Shown here: positions 37,312 to 46,254 of the stretch, piece after piece | How the letters are laid out: each line of letters opens with the position of its first letter | Position numbering within the stretch: position 1 is the first letter of the stretch | Source: an archaeon | GTDB lineage: Archaea > B1Sed10-29 > JAVZDC01 | NCBI GenBank assembly: GCA_038874115.1 | Contig: JAVZDC010000002.1 | Location: 39,185-103,184 of the forward strand | Direction of reading: 5' to 3' | DNA: 64,000 nt | Notes under the pieces: generated by a model | The model's input: only the letters and a program-made list of their open reading frames with translations | Databases searched by the model: none | Told to the model about the DNA's origin: nothing | Made by a program: the position numbers and the translations under genes

Positions 37312-37815
37312 TTACCCCAGCATCGCCAATGCAAAAGATAAAAGATTAAATTGAAGATGAGCCAAGATAGGAGCTACAATATTTTTTCTTAAAATAAATA
37401 TTTTTCCGAGGATAAGCCCAGCAAAGAATGCAACGATTACTTCTCCTAAAGATCCGTAAATTACATGGAAATATGCGAAGATAAAACTAGAAGCAACCAA
37501 ACCTATTCTTTTCAATAAAAAACCCCTAAAAAATATTTCTTCAACAAAGGAGCCGACACACAAAATAGTTAAAATTTGTGCTGCATTATTTTTCTCAATA
37601 ACTTCTTTCATCGGAGATAAATCGGTTTCAAAACCGATTAAATACCAGACAAAAATAATTAAAAAAGACATGAGAAAGATTGCAAAAACACCAAGAAGAG
37701 ATATTTTCCATTCACTTAAAAATCGAGTTTCTCTAAAGCCAAGTTCTTTAAAATTATGTACTCCATGTATTGCCAAAATTAATAAAATTCCGTAAAGTAT
37801 CAGTGAAATATACAT
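37312..37815 (-). CDS. CPBP (CAAX) family intramembrane protease
   Basis: EEIFFRGFL, FAYFH and HLQFN motifs. ATG 37815 preferred over GTG 37830. Confidence 0.8.
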   Translation of the reverse strand: MYISLILYGILLILAIHGVHNFKELGFRETRFLSEWKISLLGVFAIFLMSFLIIFVWYLIGFETDLSPMKEVIEKNNAAQILTILCVGSFVEEIFFRGFLLKRIGLVASSFIFAYFHVIYGSLGEVIVAFFAGLILGKIFILRKNIVAPILAHLQFNLLSFALAMLG

Positions 37816-37817
37816 AT

Positions 37818-37955
37818 CTATTTCTTCCACTCAGTATATCCACATTTTCCACAATGCCATCTATCGCTGTGTTCAGCCAAATTTGTTCCTTCTCCACACT
37901 TCGGGCATATCTTTTTTTTCTCATATTTTTTAATTTTTTTAGTTTTTTCAGCCAT
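37818..37955 (-). CDS. rps27ae: 30S ribosomal protein S27ae (eS31)
   Basis: Not in the ORF track. 45-aa product [45 protein letters not shown] with the canonical CxxC..CxxC ribbon; follows rps24e as in other archaea. Confidence 0.9.
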   Translation of the reverse strand: MAEKTKKIKKYEKKKICPKCGEGTNLAEHSDRWHCGKCGYTEWKK

Positions 37956-38232
37956 TCTTCTCACCTTTTGAAGCTTTTTCTTTCTTTTTAAGTTCTATTT
38001 TTTCTTTAGCGTCTTTTGTATCATAATACTTAACAAATACTTTCATTTCTTTTCCACCATATTTCTGTTGTGTTTTGTATATAACCAACCTCTCTGAGTC
38101 ATATCCATTACTTTGAAGAAGATCTTGCAAGTTTTTCATCGATGGAGTAGGCCCTTCAAACTTTACTAGAAATTGCAGTTCTTTTCTCAAGAGTAATCGG
38201 TTATCCTTTTCATCAATTTTTTCCAAGTTCAT
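37948..38232 (-). CDS. rps24e: 30S ribosomal protein S24e
   Basis: [22 protein letters not shown].., typical eS24. Confidence 0.9.
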   Translation of the reverse strand: MNLEKIDEKDNRLLLRKELQFLVKFEGPTPSMKNLQDLLQSNGYDSERLVIYKTQQKYGGKEMKVFVKYYDTKDAKEKIELKKKEKASKGEKNG

Positions 38233-38713
38233 GTTCCCCCTCCATTTTTCTCATAATGTTATATGCTTTTGTTTTAATATTCTTGGTAGCTTTTATAATG
38301 ACTAACCCTTGACCAGGTTGGCCATAACAAACAAACCAACCTTCAGGGGCAAATAAAATTGCAGGCAAAGTAAGCAAATCTTCTTCCCCAAAAACATAGA
38401 TGTATTTTTCTTCATTTAAAGCTTTTCTAAATTTTTCAAATATTTCCAGGTTTATATGTCCTGGAGGATTTTTTAACCTAAGGTATTTTTTAAAGCGCAA
38501 TCTTCTTAGAATTTCATTACTAATTTTTTTTCTCCTTTCTTTTCCGTCATATACAGCAATCTTTGGAGTAATGTCCAACCTTAATAAATTGTAACTCGCA
38601 ATGTCTCCAATCGAAATTATATTTTCAAATCTTATTTCTTCAGGAATTTCCTTTTTAGGTTTTGCCAAAGGTTTTTTCAATAGTTTTCTTAATCTTGCAT
38701 TTAGCTTTAGCAT
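38213..38713 (-). CDS. GTP-dependent dephospho-CoA kinase (DUF359/COG1909)
   Basis: IISIGDIASYNL..PKIAVYDGKERR..FGEEDLLTLPAIL pattern, and the conserved position between spt4 and rps24e. Confidence 0.75.
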   Translation of the reverse strand: MLKLNARLRKLLKKPLAKPKKEIPEEIRFENIISIGDIASYNLLRLDITPKIAVYDGKERRKKISNEILRRLRFKKYLRLKNPPGHINLEIFEKFRKALNEEKYIYVFGEEDLLTLPAILFAPEGWFVCYGQPGQGLVIIKATKNIKTKAYNIMRKMEGEHELGKN

Positions 38714-38714
38714 A

Positions 38715-38897
38715 TTATTTAACTATTCTTAATGCGTACTCCCCCGGTAAGGATAAGTTCAGTTTCTTTGAGACTTCAGATTTTTCGGGGTTTACGACAA
38801 TTATTCTGCCTTTCCAATACGGAGTTAAATCCGTACTTCCACACGCTGGACATTTTTCTTCAGAAGTAAGATATTTGCAATTTTTACAAGCTTTCAT
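38715..38897 (-). CDS. spt4: transcription elongation factor Spt4
   Basis: MKACKNCKYLTSEEKCPACGS..WKGRIIVVNPEKSEV..GEYALRI. Confidence 0.9.
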   Translation of the reverse strand: MKACKNCKYLTSEEKCPACGSTDLTPYWKGRIIVVNPEKSEVSKKLNLSLPGEYALRIVK

Positions 38898-39439
38898 TTC
38901 TTTTCAACCTCTTTTAACCACTCTATTTTACCCAAACCTGGTTGTCTCATAGTTAGATTTATCTTGCTTTCAGCCACATTATTTTTCAACGAGACCGCGA
39001 TTATTTTCGCAATTACCACATCTCCTGCCTGCAAATTTATTTTTTTCTGTTTTCCAGTTAAGCTCTGCGTTTTTCCATTATATGAGATAAAGTCATCCGC
39101 TATTTGCGAAATATGCATAAACCCATCCATAGGGCCAAATCTAACAACTGCACCATACTCGGTTATGTTTGTAATATACCCCCTAATTATCTCATGAAGT
39201 TCCGGTTTAAAACAAATCATTTTAAATTTAGTTTTGTGGAAACTTCCAGGATCGTCTGGTACCAGCAACCCATCTTCAATTTCTTCTATTTCCGTAATTG
39301 CTACAATTAAACCGAGGTCCTTGTCTATTTTACCTTCGTATGTGTTTTTCAAAATTTTTAAAACCGCTTCTTTTATTGGCTCGTTGAATCTTGCAGGATC
39401 TAATCGGACTACATCTTCAATTGTAACTTCATAATACAT
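38894..39439 (-). CDS. rpoE: DNA-directed RNA polymerase subunit Rpo7 (E')
   Basis: N-terminal Rpb7 domain plus C-terminal S1 domain (GYITNITEYGAVVRFGP.DGFMHISQ). Confidence 0.9.
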   Translation of the reverse strand: MYYEVTIEDVVRLDPARFNEPIKEAVLKILKNTYEGKIDKDLGLIVAITEIEEIEDGLLVPDDPGSFHKTKFKMICFKPELHEIIRGYITNITEYGAVVRFGPMDGFMHISQIADDFISYNGKTQSLTGKQKKINLQAGDVVIAKIIAVSLKNNVAESKINLTMRQPGLGKIEWLKEVEKK

Positions 39440-39833
39440 CCAAATCCCCCGTAGTTAAACATATTATTCTTTTTTTCCTTAAAAATAATACAGGTATTTT
39501 AATTAATCTACTTTTTTTCCTTAAAAGATAATCGTTTGTTGCTATGATGCCTTTCTTTTTTTGAGCTATTTTTAATAATGCTTCATCTGCTTCTTTTTCA
39601 TTTGTTTTATATATTTTTATTTTTTTTGCTTCCAATAACATCAAAGCAGTTTTGGAAGCAATGTTCTTTTTTTTCTTTAATTCATCTACGACCAAATCAA
39701 TTGTACACAGCGTCGCTCCAGGAATTTTTTCTTGAATTTCCTGGAAAATATCTATCTTATTTTTTACAGGCATCAGTAGAAAGTTTGTATCCAAAAAAAC
39801 TAACACTTTATTCCGTAACCGAATAAAGACCAC
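39429..39833 (-). CDS. PIN-domain protein (Fcf1/COG1412-like)
   Basis: VFLDTNFLL motif and the conserved slot between aIF2-gamma and rpo7. Start uncertain (GTG 39833 or GTG 39806). Confidence 0.75.
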   Translation of the reverse strand: MVFIRLRNKVLVFLDTNFLLMPVKNKIDIFQEIQEKIPGATLCTIDLVVDELKKKKNIASKTALMLLEAKKIKIYKTNEKEADEALLKIAQKKKGIIATNDYLLRKKSRLIKIPVLFLRKKRIICLTTGDLDVL

Positions 39834-40978
39834 CGATTTTTCAACCTTCGAATTATTCCTAGTTTTTGTCCCTTTTCCGCAGGAACTGGTTTTTTCAAAA
39901 TAACACGTATTTTATCCTTTTTTATTTCTTGGATGGTACCAATACTGGTTATTGTTGCACTAGTAACTACTATAGTTTCCCCTTTTTTTAATTGTTCTAT
40001 CTCAGGAATAAGGCCATGTACTTCCAGTATAATATCTTTTTCAATATTTACATGCAGTCCATCCAAACAGGCCATGTTTCCAGATAAGTAATCATTTTTC
40101 GTCAGAACAGGATCCAAAGTTGTCCCAAGCCCAATCAAACCTCCAGGAACTGCTTCTTCAAGCATTCCCCATTTACAAGAAATACTCGTAACTTTAGTTT
40201 TTATAGGCAAATATTCATTTTTTTGTTCTATTCCAGGCAAAATTTGAATGCAATCTCCAACTTTTATTTTTCCACAAATAAGAGATCCTCCAATTACCCC
40301 TCCCTTTATCTTCTCTATTTTTTCTCCCGGTTTATTTACATCAAAAGATCTTGCGATATACATTTTTGGAGTAGCTTCTAGGTCTCTTTTAGGTGTAGGA
40401 ATATATTTTTCGATAGCATATAATAATGCATCGATATTCACTTCTTGATGAGCAGCTATTGGGATTATTGGTGCGTTTTCAGCAACAGTGTTTTTCACAA
40501 AATTTTTTATTTGCAAATAATTCTCTCTTGCTTCTTTTTCAGATACTAAATCTATTTTGTTTTGAATTATAATTATATTTTTTATTCCTGCAGCATTCAA
40601 AGCAAGAAGATGTTCTAAAGTTTGTGGTTGTGGCACTGATTCATTTGCAGCAATAACGAGTAAAGCACCATCCATTAAAGTAGCTCCAGACAACATAACA
40701 GTAGTTAAGCTTTCGTGTCCTGGACAATCCAAAAAAGCAATTCGTCTTTTTTCTGAAACTGGACCGCCACATTCGCATTCTTCTTTTTTCAAAATTTTTC
40801 CACATTTCTCACATTTATAAACAATCATTTCAGTATATCCTAACTTTATGGTGATTCCTCTTTCTAATTCTTCACTATACTTGCTTACCCATTCGCCAGT
40901 AATTGCTTTTATTATGCTTGTTTTCCCATGATCCACATGCCCTGCAGTCCCAATAGTAACTTCGGATTGTTTAACTAT
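39800..40978 (-). CDS. eif2g: translation initiation factor aIF2 gamma subunit
   Basis: G1 GHVDHGKT, zinc knuckle CEKCGK..CECGG, DCPGH, NKIDL. Track start GTG 40936 splits G1. 5' end extended to ATA 40978 as the best (non-canonical) candidate; see findings. Confidence 0.85.
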   Translation of the reverse strand: MVKQSEVTIGTAGHVDHGKTSIIKAITGEWVSKYSEELERGITIKLGYTEMIVYKCEKCGKILKKEECECGGPVSEKRRIAFLDCPGHESLTTVMLSGATLMDGALLVIAANESVPQPQTLEHLLALNAAGIKNIIIIQNKIDLVSEKEARENYLQIKNFVKNTVAENAPIIPIAAHQEVNIDALLYAIEKYIPTPKRDLEATPKMYIARSFDVNKPGEKIEKIKGGVIGGSLICGKIKVGDCIQILPGIEQKNEYLPIKTKVTSISCKWGMLEEAVPGGLIGLGTTLDPVLTKNDYLSGNMACLDGLHVNIEKDIILEVHGLIPEIEQLKKGETIVVTSATITSIGTIQEIKKDKIRVILKKPVPAEKGQKLGIIRRLKNRWSLFGYGIKC

Positions 40979-40987
40979 TTTCTCACC

Positions 40988-41350
40988 TTATTTTTTCTCT
41001 TCTTTTTTAGGGAATAATTCTTCAAGTTTTTTATCCCCTTCCTTAACTACTATAGTATTTACTTGTGCGATGTCTTCAGCTATAGTGTTTCCGCGAAAAG
41101 TTTTTCTACTTCTTTCTCCTTTCCTGTTTGAAATAAAAATCTTTTTCCTTACCGCTCCGCTTAGATCTGAGCGCATCGGAAAACCATCTTTATCCGTTCC
41201 TCCAGCTATTTTTAATTCATATCCTTGAGCACCGCATATTTTTCCATCGAAAGTTTGTCCGATTTTTAAACCATATAATAATTTTGCTCTAGTTTCATCA
41301 ATTTCAGTCTGATAACTTTTTCCACTTTTCTCACTAATTACTATCTTCAT
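40988..41350 (-). CDS. rps6e: 30S ribosomal protein S6e
   Basis: GYELKIAGGTDKDGFPMRSDL.., typical eS6. Confidence 0.9.
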   Translation of the reverse strand: MKIVISEKSGKSYQTEIDETRAKLLYGLKIGQTFDGKICGAQGYELKIAGGTDKDGFPMRSDLSGAVRKKIFISNRKGERSRKTFRGNTIAEDIAQVNTIVVKEGDKKLEELFPKKEEKK

Positions 41351-43089
41351 CTTTTCTCACTCCCTTCCATGATTTTTTGAATTTCTTTGACAATATCTTT
41401 TTCTATATTTTTTTCTATTAAAATATATGTTTCTTTTAATGGTATTTCAGCATAAATAATACTTCCTTCAAATATATTTCTACTGCAGACAACATCGCTT
41501 ACTGCAATAGCAACTTTTTGTCCTTTTTCCGCTTTATCTAAGCTTTTCCCACTTTCTTGGATTGAAAGTATTTTTCCAAGAGAAATTCCTTTCTCGTTTA
41601 TGACTTTTGCTTCAGGTTTTATTACCCCGGCCAATATTTCTACACCTATTATCGCTGGTTTGCTCGATCTAAAAATACACCCGGGTAAAACTTTAGCTTT
41701 AAAAGGATAGTTGAATTTTGTCAAAAGTTCAATTTTTTCTTTCTCTTGTTCTTCTTTTACAAACGCAGCGTATTTTTCAATAAAATCATATATTACATTC
41801 GAAACTACTATCGGAATTTTATTTTTATTTGCTTCTTGCATCGCATCCTCAGAAACTGCTACATTAAAACCAAAAATAATACCATAGTATCTATTTTTCT
41901 GTCTCTCAGCTTCTGTTTCAAGAACATCGCTCTTATTTATTGCCCCAATTGATGCCTTTTTTATTGGAATTTTGTTTTCAGAAAAAAATTTCACTATAGC
42001 TTCTAAAGATCCAAGAGCATCAGCTTTTACGCACACTCCTTCTTTTTCAACATGTATTTCCGTTTCAACTATACTCCCTTTTATTTTTTCCAAAACTTCT
42101 TCTTCGCTTTCTCCAACAGCCAAAGTAGATCCGACAATTATATTTTCCAAACCTGGAGCTGAAATTTTTACTCCTGCAGCAGCATAAACTTTTTCAACAT
42201 TTTTAAACTTTTTCCGCGGGTCTCTGATTTCTTCCATTGGAGCAGGTAAAAGAAGAGCTTTTACTTTTGCGGTAGCCGGCCCAGAAAGAGTTTGCACCGC
42301 AATATAATCTCCGACAGATATGTTTCCTTCATACAATATTACATCCATTGTTACTCCAAGACCGCTAAATTCTTTAACCTCTAAAACAGTCCCGTATCCC
42401 TTTTTTTCCAGATCTATATGTAATTTTTCCCCCATGAATTTTTGAGCCAAACCCGCCAAAAAAAGCAATATTTCCTGTACCCCTTCCCCCGTTTTTGCAG
42501 AAACAGGAATTATCATAATTTGTTTCGTGAAATCATTTACTCTGTCAAATCTTTCGCTATTCAAATTTTCTTCCCCAAGGTCAGCAACAATTTTATATAT
42601 TTTTTCATCCAACCTCGCTTTCACATCTTCTCGCTGAACTTTTAAGCTTTCCAAAAAGCACGCATTTTCTTGAGGTTCCCAGCCTTCGATTAAGTCTATT
42701 TTATTCGCAGCGATTACAAAAGGTGTTTTAAAAGATTTCAAAATTTTAATGCTTTCTTTGGTTTGTTCTTGAATTCCTTGCTGTATATCTATGACTAATA
42801 CCGCCAAGTCTGCAATACTTCCGCCTCTTTTTCTCATGTTCATAAAAGCAGCATGCCCAGGAGTATCGATAAATAAAAGCCCATTTATCTTTAACTCAAA
42901 AGAATATTTTTTTAAAATAGCGCTGCATCTTTTTTTTATTTCCTCCACAGGTATAAACGAAGCTCCAACGTGTTGAGTTATTGCACCAGGTTCCTTTGCA
43001 GCAATGTTGCTGCCTCTTATCTTATCTAAGAGAGTAGTTTTCCCATGGTCTACATGCCCAAGTACTGATATGATTGGAGAACGCATCAT
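41347..43089 (-). CDS. infB: translation initiation factor aIF5B (IF-2)
   Basis: RSPIISVLGHVDHGKTTLLDKIRG, DTPGH, NKID; four-domain length. Confidence 0.9.
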   Translation of the reverse strand: MMRSPIISVLGHVDHGKTTLLDKIRGSNIAAKEPGAITQHVGASFIPVEEIKKRCSAILKKYSFELKINGLLFIDTPGHAAFMNMRKRGGSIADLAVLVIDIQQGIQEQTKESIKILKSFKTPFVIAANKIDLIEGWEPQENACFLESLKVQREDVKARLDEKIYKIVADLGEENLNSERFDRVNDFTKQIMIIPVSAKTGEGVQEILLFLAGLAQKFMGEKLHIDLEKKGYGTVLEVKEFSGLGVTMDVILYEGNISVGDYIAVQTLSGPATAKVKALLLPAPMEEIRDPRKKFKNVEKVYAAAGVKISAPGLENIIVGSTLAVGESEEEVLEKIKGSIVETEIHVEKEGVCVKADALGSLEAIVKFFSENKIPIKKASIGAINKSDVLETEAERQKNRYYGIIFGFNVAVSEDAMQEANKNKIPIVVSNVIYDFIEKYAAFVKEEQEKEKIELLTKFNYPFKAKVLPGCIFRSSKPAIIGVEILAGVIKPEAKVINEKGISLGKILSIQESGKSLDKAEKGQKVAIAVSDVVCSRNIFEGSIIYAEIPLKETYILIEKNIEKDIVKEIQKIMEGSEKR

Positions 43090-43116
43090 AAAAATTCACA
43101 AAAATGGTTTATTTGG

Positions 43117-43767
43117 TTAAAGATTAATTCTCTTTGATTTTTTCTTTATTGCTTTCAAGATTTTTTCCGAAGCTTCTTTTATGTCTGTATTTATTTTATC
43201 ATTTAAAACTTCTAAAACGATGCCTTTTGATTTATAAAAATCTAAAACATCTTTAGTCTCTTTTTCATACTTCTCAAATCTTTTTTCTATAACTTCCGGC
43301 TTATCATCATCGCGGACGTAAAGTTTTCCTCCGCAAGAGTCACAGATTCCTTCTTTTTTTGGTTTAAGCGTTATCTTGTTGTAAGATGCTCCGCATTTTT
43401 CGCAAACAAGTCTTGCGCCCAATCTTTTAACAATAATTTCCTTTGGAACGTTTAAATAAATTACTATCTCCGGTTTTGCTATTTTATCCAAAGCTTCAGC
43501 TTGTTTCACTGTCCTTGGAAAACCATCCAAAAGAACGTTATCTTTCCCAGATAATACTTTTCCCATGTATTCTATTATAACATCATCCGGTACAAGTTCT
43601 CCACGATCCAAAATTCCTTTTATCTTTAGACCAAACTCCGTCTGTTCTCTAATTTCTTTTCTCAATAGATCCCCAGTAGATATTACTTCGAGCCCAAGTT
43701 TTTTTGAAAGTTCTTGCCCGTATACCCCTTTTCCAGCTCCTGGCGGGCCAAAAATCAATAAAATCAA
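43117..43767 (-). CDS. adk: adenylate kinase, bacterial/long type with Cys4 zinc lid
   Basis: GPPGAGKG P-loop, lid CEKCG..CDSCGG, DGFPRT. TTG start overlaps the rpl24e stop (TTGA), preceded by AGGTGG. Confidence 0.85.
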   Translation of the reverse strand: MILLIFGPPGAGKGVYGQELSKKLGLEVISTGDLLRKEIREQTEFGLKIKGILDRGELVPDDVIIEYMGKVLSGKDNVLLDGFPRTVKQAEALDKIAKPEIVIYLNVPKEIIVKRLGARLVCEKCGASYNKITLKPKKEGICDSCGGKLYVRDDDKPEVIEKRFEKYEKETKDVLDFYKSKGIVLEVLNDKINTDIKEASEKILKAIKKKSKRINL

Positions 43768-43937
43768 CTTTCCACCTTTTTCTTCTTAGTTACCCATTTA
43801 AGTTTTCTTGGATTCCTACCCTTTTTCCAATTCTTCTCACATTTGGAAGAACAGAAATAAAAGATTTCTCCGGTTCTTAATACAAACATTTTTCCTCTGT
43901 CTTTTTCAATTTTAGAATTACAGAAAGAACAAATCAT
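43764..43937 (-). CDS. rpl24e: 50S ribosomal protein L24e
   Basis: MICSFCNSKIEKDRGKMFV..FCSSKC. ATG 43937 preferred over GTG 43946. Confidence 0.9.
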   Translation of the reverse strand: MICSFCNSKIEKDRGKMFVLRTGEIFYFCSSKCEKNWKKGRNPRKLKWVTKKKKVES

Positions 43938-43942
43938 ATCTT

Positions 43943-44143
43943 TCACTTCGCTTGGATTGGTTTAGCTTCTGTTTCCGGATCTATTAACATTAAAATATCT
44001 CCCACTCTAACGTTTCCTTTAACATTCCTTCGTATAATTCTACCTTTATCTTTCCCATCTAAGATTTTTGCTAAAACTTGGTGGATCTCTCCATAAACTC
44101 CAGTTTTTCCCAAAATTTCAACAACTTCAGCTGGCGTTGGCAT
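43943..44143 (-). CDS. rps28e: 30S ribosomal protein S28e
   Basis: [29 protein letters not shown] 44143 preferred over GTG 44152. Confidence 0.9.
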   Translation of the reverse strand: MPTPAEVVEILGKTGVYGEIHQVLAKILDGKDKGRIIRRNVKGNVRVGDILMLIDPETEAKPIQAK

Positions 44144-44148
44144 ATGCT

Positions 44149-44511
44149 TCACTTATTCTGGCGCAATGTTTCTATTTTTTTTATTATCCCAGATATTGCT
44201 CCTTTTGCTTCCCCTTCATCCAAGACTGCAACGCTTGAAGTGGGAATAGTTAATCCAGCAGCGATTCCAAGTTCTTTTTTATCTGGGACTATTATCCAAG
44301 GAATCTTTTTTTCATCGCAAAGCACCGGTAAATGTGCAACTATTTCTGGCGGCACTACGTTTTCTGCTATTAGCACTAGTTTTGCTTGGCCTCTTTCAAC
44401 CGCTTTTGTTGTTTCATTTACTCCTTTTTTCAGTTTTCCCGTGTTTCTCACAGTTTCTAGAGCTTTTATGGTTTCAGAAACAAGTTCTTTCGGGACAGAA
44501 AACTTCTCCAT
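44149..44511 (-). CDS. rpl7ae: 50S ribosomal protein L7Ae (K-turn binding)
   Basis: [41 protein letters not shown]. Confidence 0.95.
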   Translation of the reverse strand: MEKFSVPKELVSETIKALETVRNTGKLKKGVNETTKAVERGQAKLVLIAENVVPPEIVAHLPVLCDEKKIPWIIVPDKKELGIAAGLTIPTSSVAVLDEGEAKGAISGIIKKIETLRQNK

Positions 44512-44516
44512 ATGTC

Positions 44517-44541
44517 ATCCTCCTTTTTTAAATCATCGGAT
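44517..44541 (-). promoter_or_regulatory. predicted kink-turn hairpin in the rpl7ae leader, overlapping its SD
   Basis: RNA 5'-AUCC GAU GA UUU AAAA AAG GA GGAU-3'. C-stem AUCC/GGAU, 3-nt bulge, tandem G.A/A.G, NC-stem, tetraloop. The 3' strand is the GGAGG SD. Confidence 0.6.
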
Positions 44542-44563
44542 ATTAACAATATTCTTTTCATAC

Positions 44564-44571
44564 TATTTAAA
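44564..44571 (-). promoter_or_regulatory. TATA box of the rpl7ae-rps28e-rpl24e-adk promoter
   Basis: TTTAAATA on the minus strand. A -26/-27 centring puts the TSS near 44541. Confidence 0.5.
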
Positions 44572-44580
44572 TATTTCTTT

Positions 44581-46254
44581 TTATGGATGCGCGTAATAAA
44601 AGACGTATTCCTTACCTTTAGAGTCTAGTCTAGCATACCCAAACCTTTCAAATTGGACCAAAGATCCAACATCTTCTCTTTCTATATATTTTTCAACCAA
44701 GCCTTGTTTCACTTCGCCGTCAGGCATAACGACTTTGCAAGGTATATTATCTTTGGTTACCCATTGTATTTTTGGCATACTTAAATCTGAAGTATCTACA
44801 AATTCAGCTTTACCTTCCTCATATATCTTTATTGCAAATGCATCTTTTAATCGAATAATTTTGCTGATGTTGTTCTTAACTTCAGAGTAAGGTAAGAATA
44901 CATACTCATCTTCCTTAAATTTATATTCTTTAAATCCTCTTTCATTTTTTCCAGGATAGTAAAATACGTTTACTACGCATTCTTTTAAGTTATCTATTTT
45001 TATTTTCACCGAGTTTTCCACAAAGAAATATCTATTGCATTTTTCATCAATTATTTTTCTATTAATCGCATATAATTTTTCAATAGGAACAGTTATATCA
45101 TGTTCATTTATTCCTATGCTTTCCACAAATTCTCTTATTGCTTCCGGTTGGATTCCCCTGCGTCTCAAAGATTGAAGAGACCAAGTTCTTGGATCATCCC
45201 ACCCAGAATAAACCCCGCGCATAACTTCTTTTTGAGCTTTGCTTTTGCTTATTTTAACCCCTTCTATTTGGATAAGACCAAGATGAATAATCTTTGGAGG
45301 TTTTATCCCCAATAAATTCCAAATATACTTACAAACTTCGCTTTCCATCATTAAGTCTTTTCCCCTCAAAATATGAGTAACTCCAAGAGCATAGTCGTCA
45401 TAAGCCCAAGTTAATTCTAGCAAAGGCCAAGCTTTATGTTTTTTTCCAACTCTTGGATGCTCTCTCTCGCAAATTCTTATCAAAACGCGGTCTCTAAATG
45501 CTGGATTTGGGTGCTTCATATCTGTTTTTAATCTTAATACGGCTTCTCCTTCTTTATATTCCCCCGCAATCATTTTTTCAAATTCCTTCATCGTTTCTTC
45601 AACGCTTTGATTTCTATGCTCGCACTCTATCCCCTTTGCTCTATTTTCTCTCAAAACATCTTGACTACATTTACATACGTATGCTTTTCCTTTTTCAATA
45701 ATTTTTTTAGCAAAATCATAATACAATTCCAATCTATCAGATTTGTATATTATGTCTCCATCCCACTTTACATTTAACCATTCAAACCCTTCAGGAATAA
45801 GTTTATATGCTTCGGGAACTATTGCTTTTTCTTCAGACGAAATAGTATCGTCCATGACAAAATATAATTTTCCTTTGTATTTTTCTGCGCAAATAGCATT
45901 TAAAAGATAAGTTTTAGCATTCCCAAGATGTAGAGGGCCCGATGGAAATGGGGCAAGCCTGAGAACCACCTTTCCAATTTCAGCGTCTGGAAGCACCAAC
46001 TCTTTAGGCAATTCTTCCTTTTTCTCTAAAGCATCTGGCCATATTTCTAAAAGTCTCTTTTTCTGTTCCTCTAGCGACATTTTATTTACCTCATCCACAA
46101 TAGCTTTTACTTTTTTACCAATTTCACCTATCTTTTCTTTTATTTCAGGAAATTCCCCGATTATTTTATTTATCACTGGCCCAATCTGAGCTTTCCCATC
46201 ATGTGTGCATGCGTTTTTCAGAGCATGTTTATATATTTGAGTTTCCAGATTCAT
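44581..46254 (-). CDS. gltX: glutamyl-tRNA synthetase (archaeal/eukaryal type)
   Basis: Class I HIGH-like PSGPLHLGNA and KMSKS-like KISKSK; GluRS/GlnRS catalytic core and anticodon-binding length. Confidence 0.85.
   Translation of the reverse strand: MNLETQIYKHALKNACTHDGKAQIGPVINKIIGEFPEIKEKIGEIGKKVKAIVDEVNKMSLEEQKKRLLEIWPDALEKKEELPKELVLPDAEIGKVVLRLAPFPSGPLHLGNAKTYLLNAICAEKYKGKLYFVMDDTISSEEKAIVPEAYKLIPEGFEWLNVKWDGDIIYKSDRLELYYDFAKKIIEKGKAYVCKCSQDVLRENRAKGIECEHRNQSVEETMKEFEKMIAGEYKEGEAVLRLKTDMKHPNPAFRDRVLIRICEREHPRVGKKHKAWPLLELTWAYDDYALGVTHILRGKDLMMESEVCKYIWNLLGIKPPKIIHLGLIQIEGVKISKSKAQKEVMRGVYSGWDDPRTWSLQSLRRRGIQPEAIREFVESIGINEHDITVPIEKLYAINRKIIDEKCNRYFFVENSVKIKIDNLKECVVNVFYYPGKNERGFKEYKFKEDEYVFLPYSEVKNNISKIIRLKDAFAIKIYEEGKAEFVDTSDLSMPKIQWVTKDNIPCKVVMPDGEVKQGLVEKYIEREDVGSLVQFERFGYARLDSKGKEYVFYYAHP

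Noticed and set aside
39429-39833. PIN-domain gene as a VapC-type toxin.
   Set aside because: No antitoxin-sized partner is present. It occupies the conserved aIF2gamma-PIN-rpo7-spt4 slot typical of the Fcf1/COG1412 housekeeping PIN protein.
40988-40990. Recoded stop (Sec/Pyl or a genetic-code change) at the rps6e TAA.
   Set aside because: TAA, TAG and TGA all serve as ordinary stops at well-aligned C-termini across the window. Readthrough is kept only as a minor alternative in the aIF2-gamma finding.
12925-43089. Inteins in PolD DP2, NrdD or aIF5B.
   Set aside because: The lengths (1120, 773 and 580 aa) and uninterrupted motif order are those of intein-free proteins. No Hint/LAGLIDADG blocks were seen.
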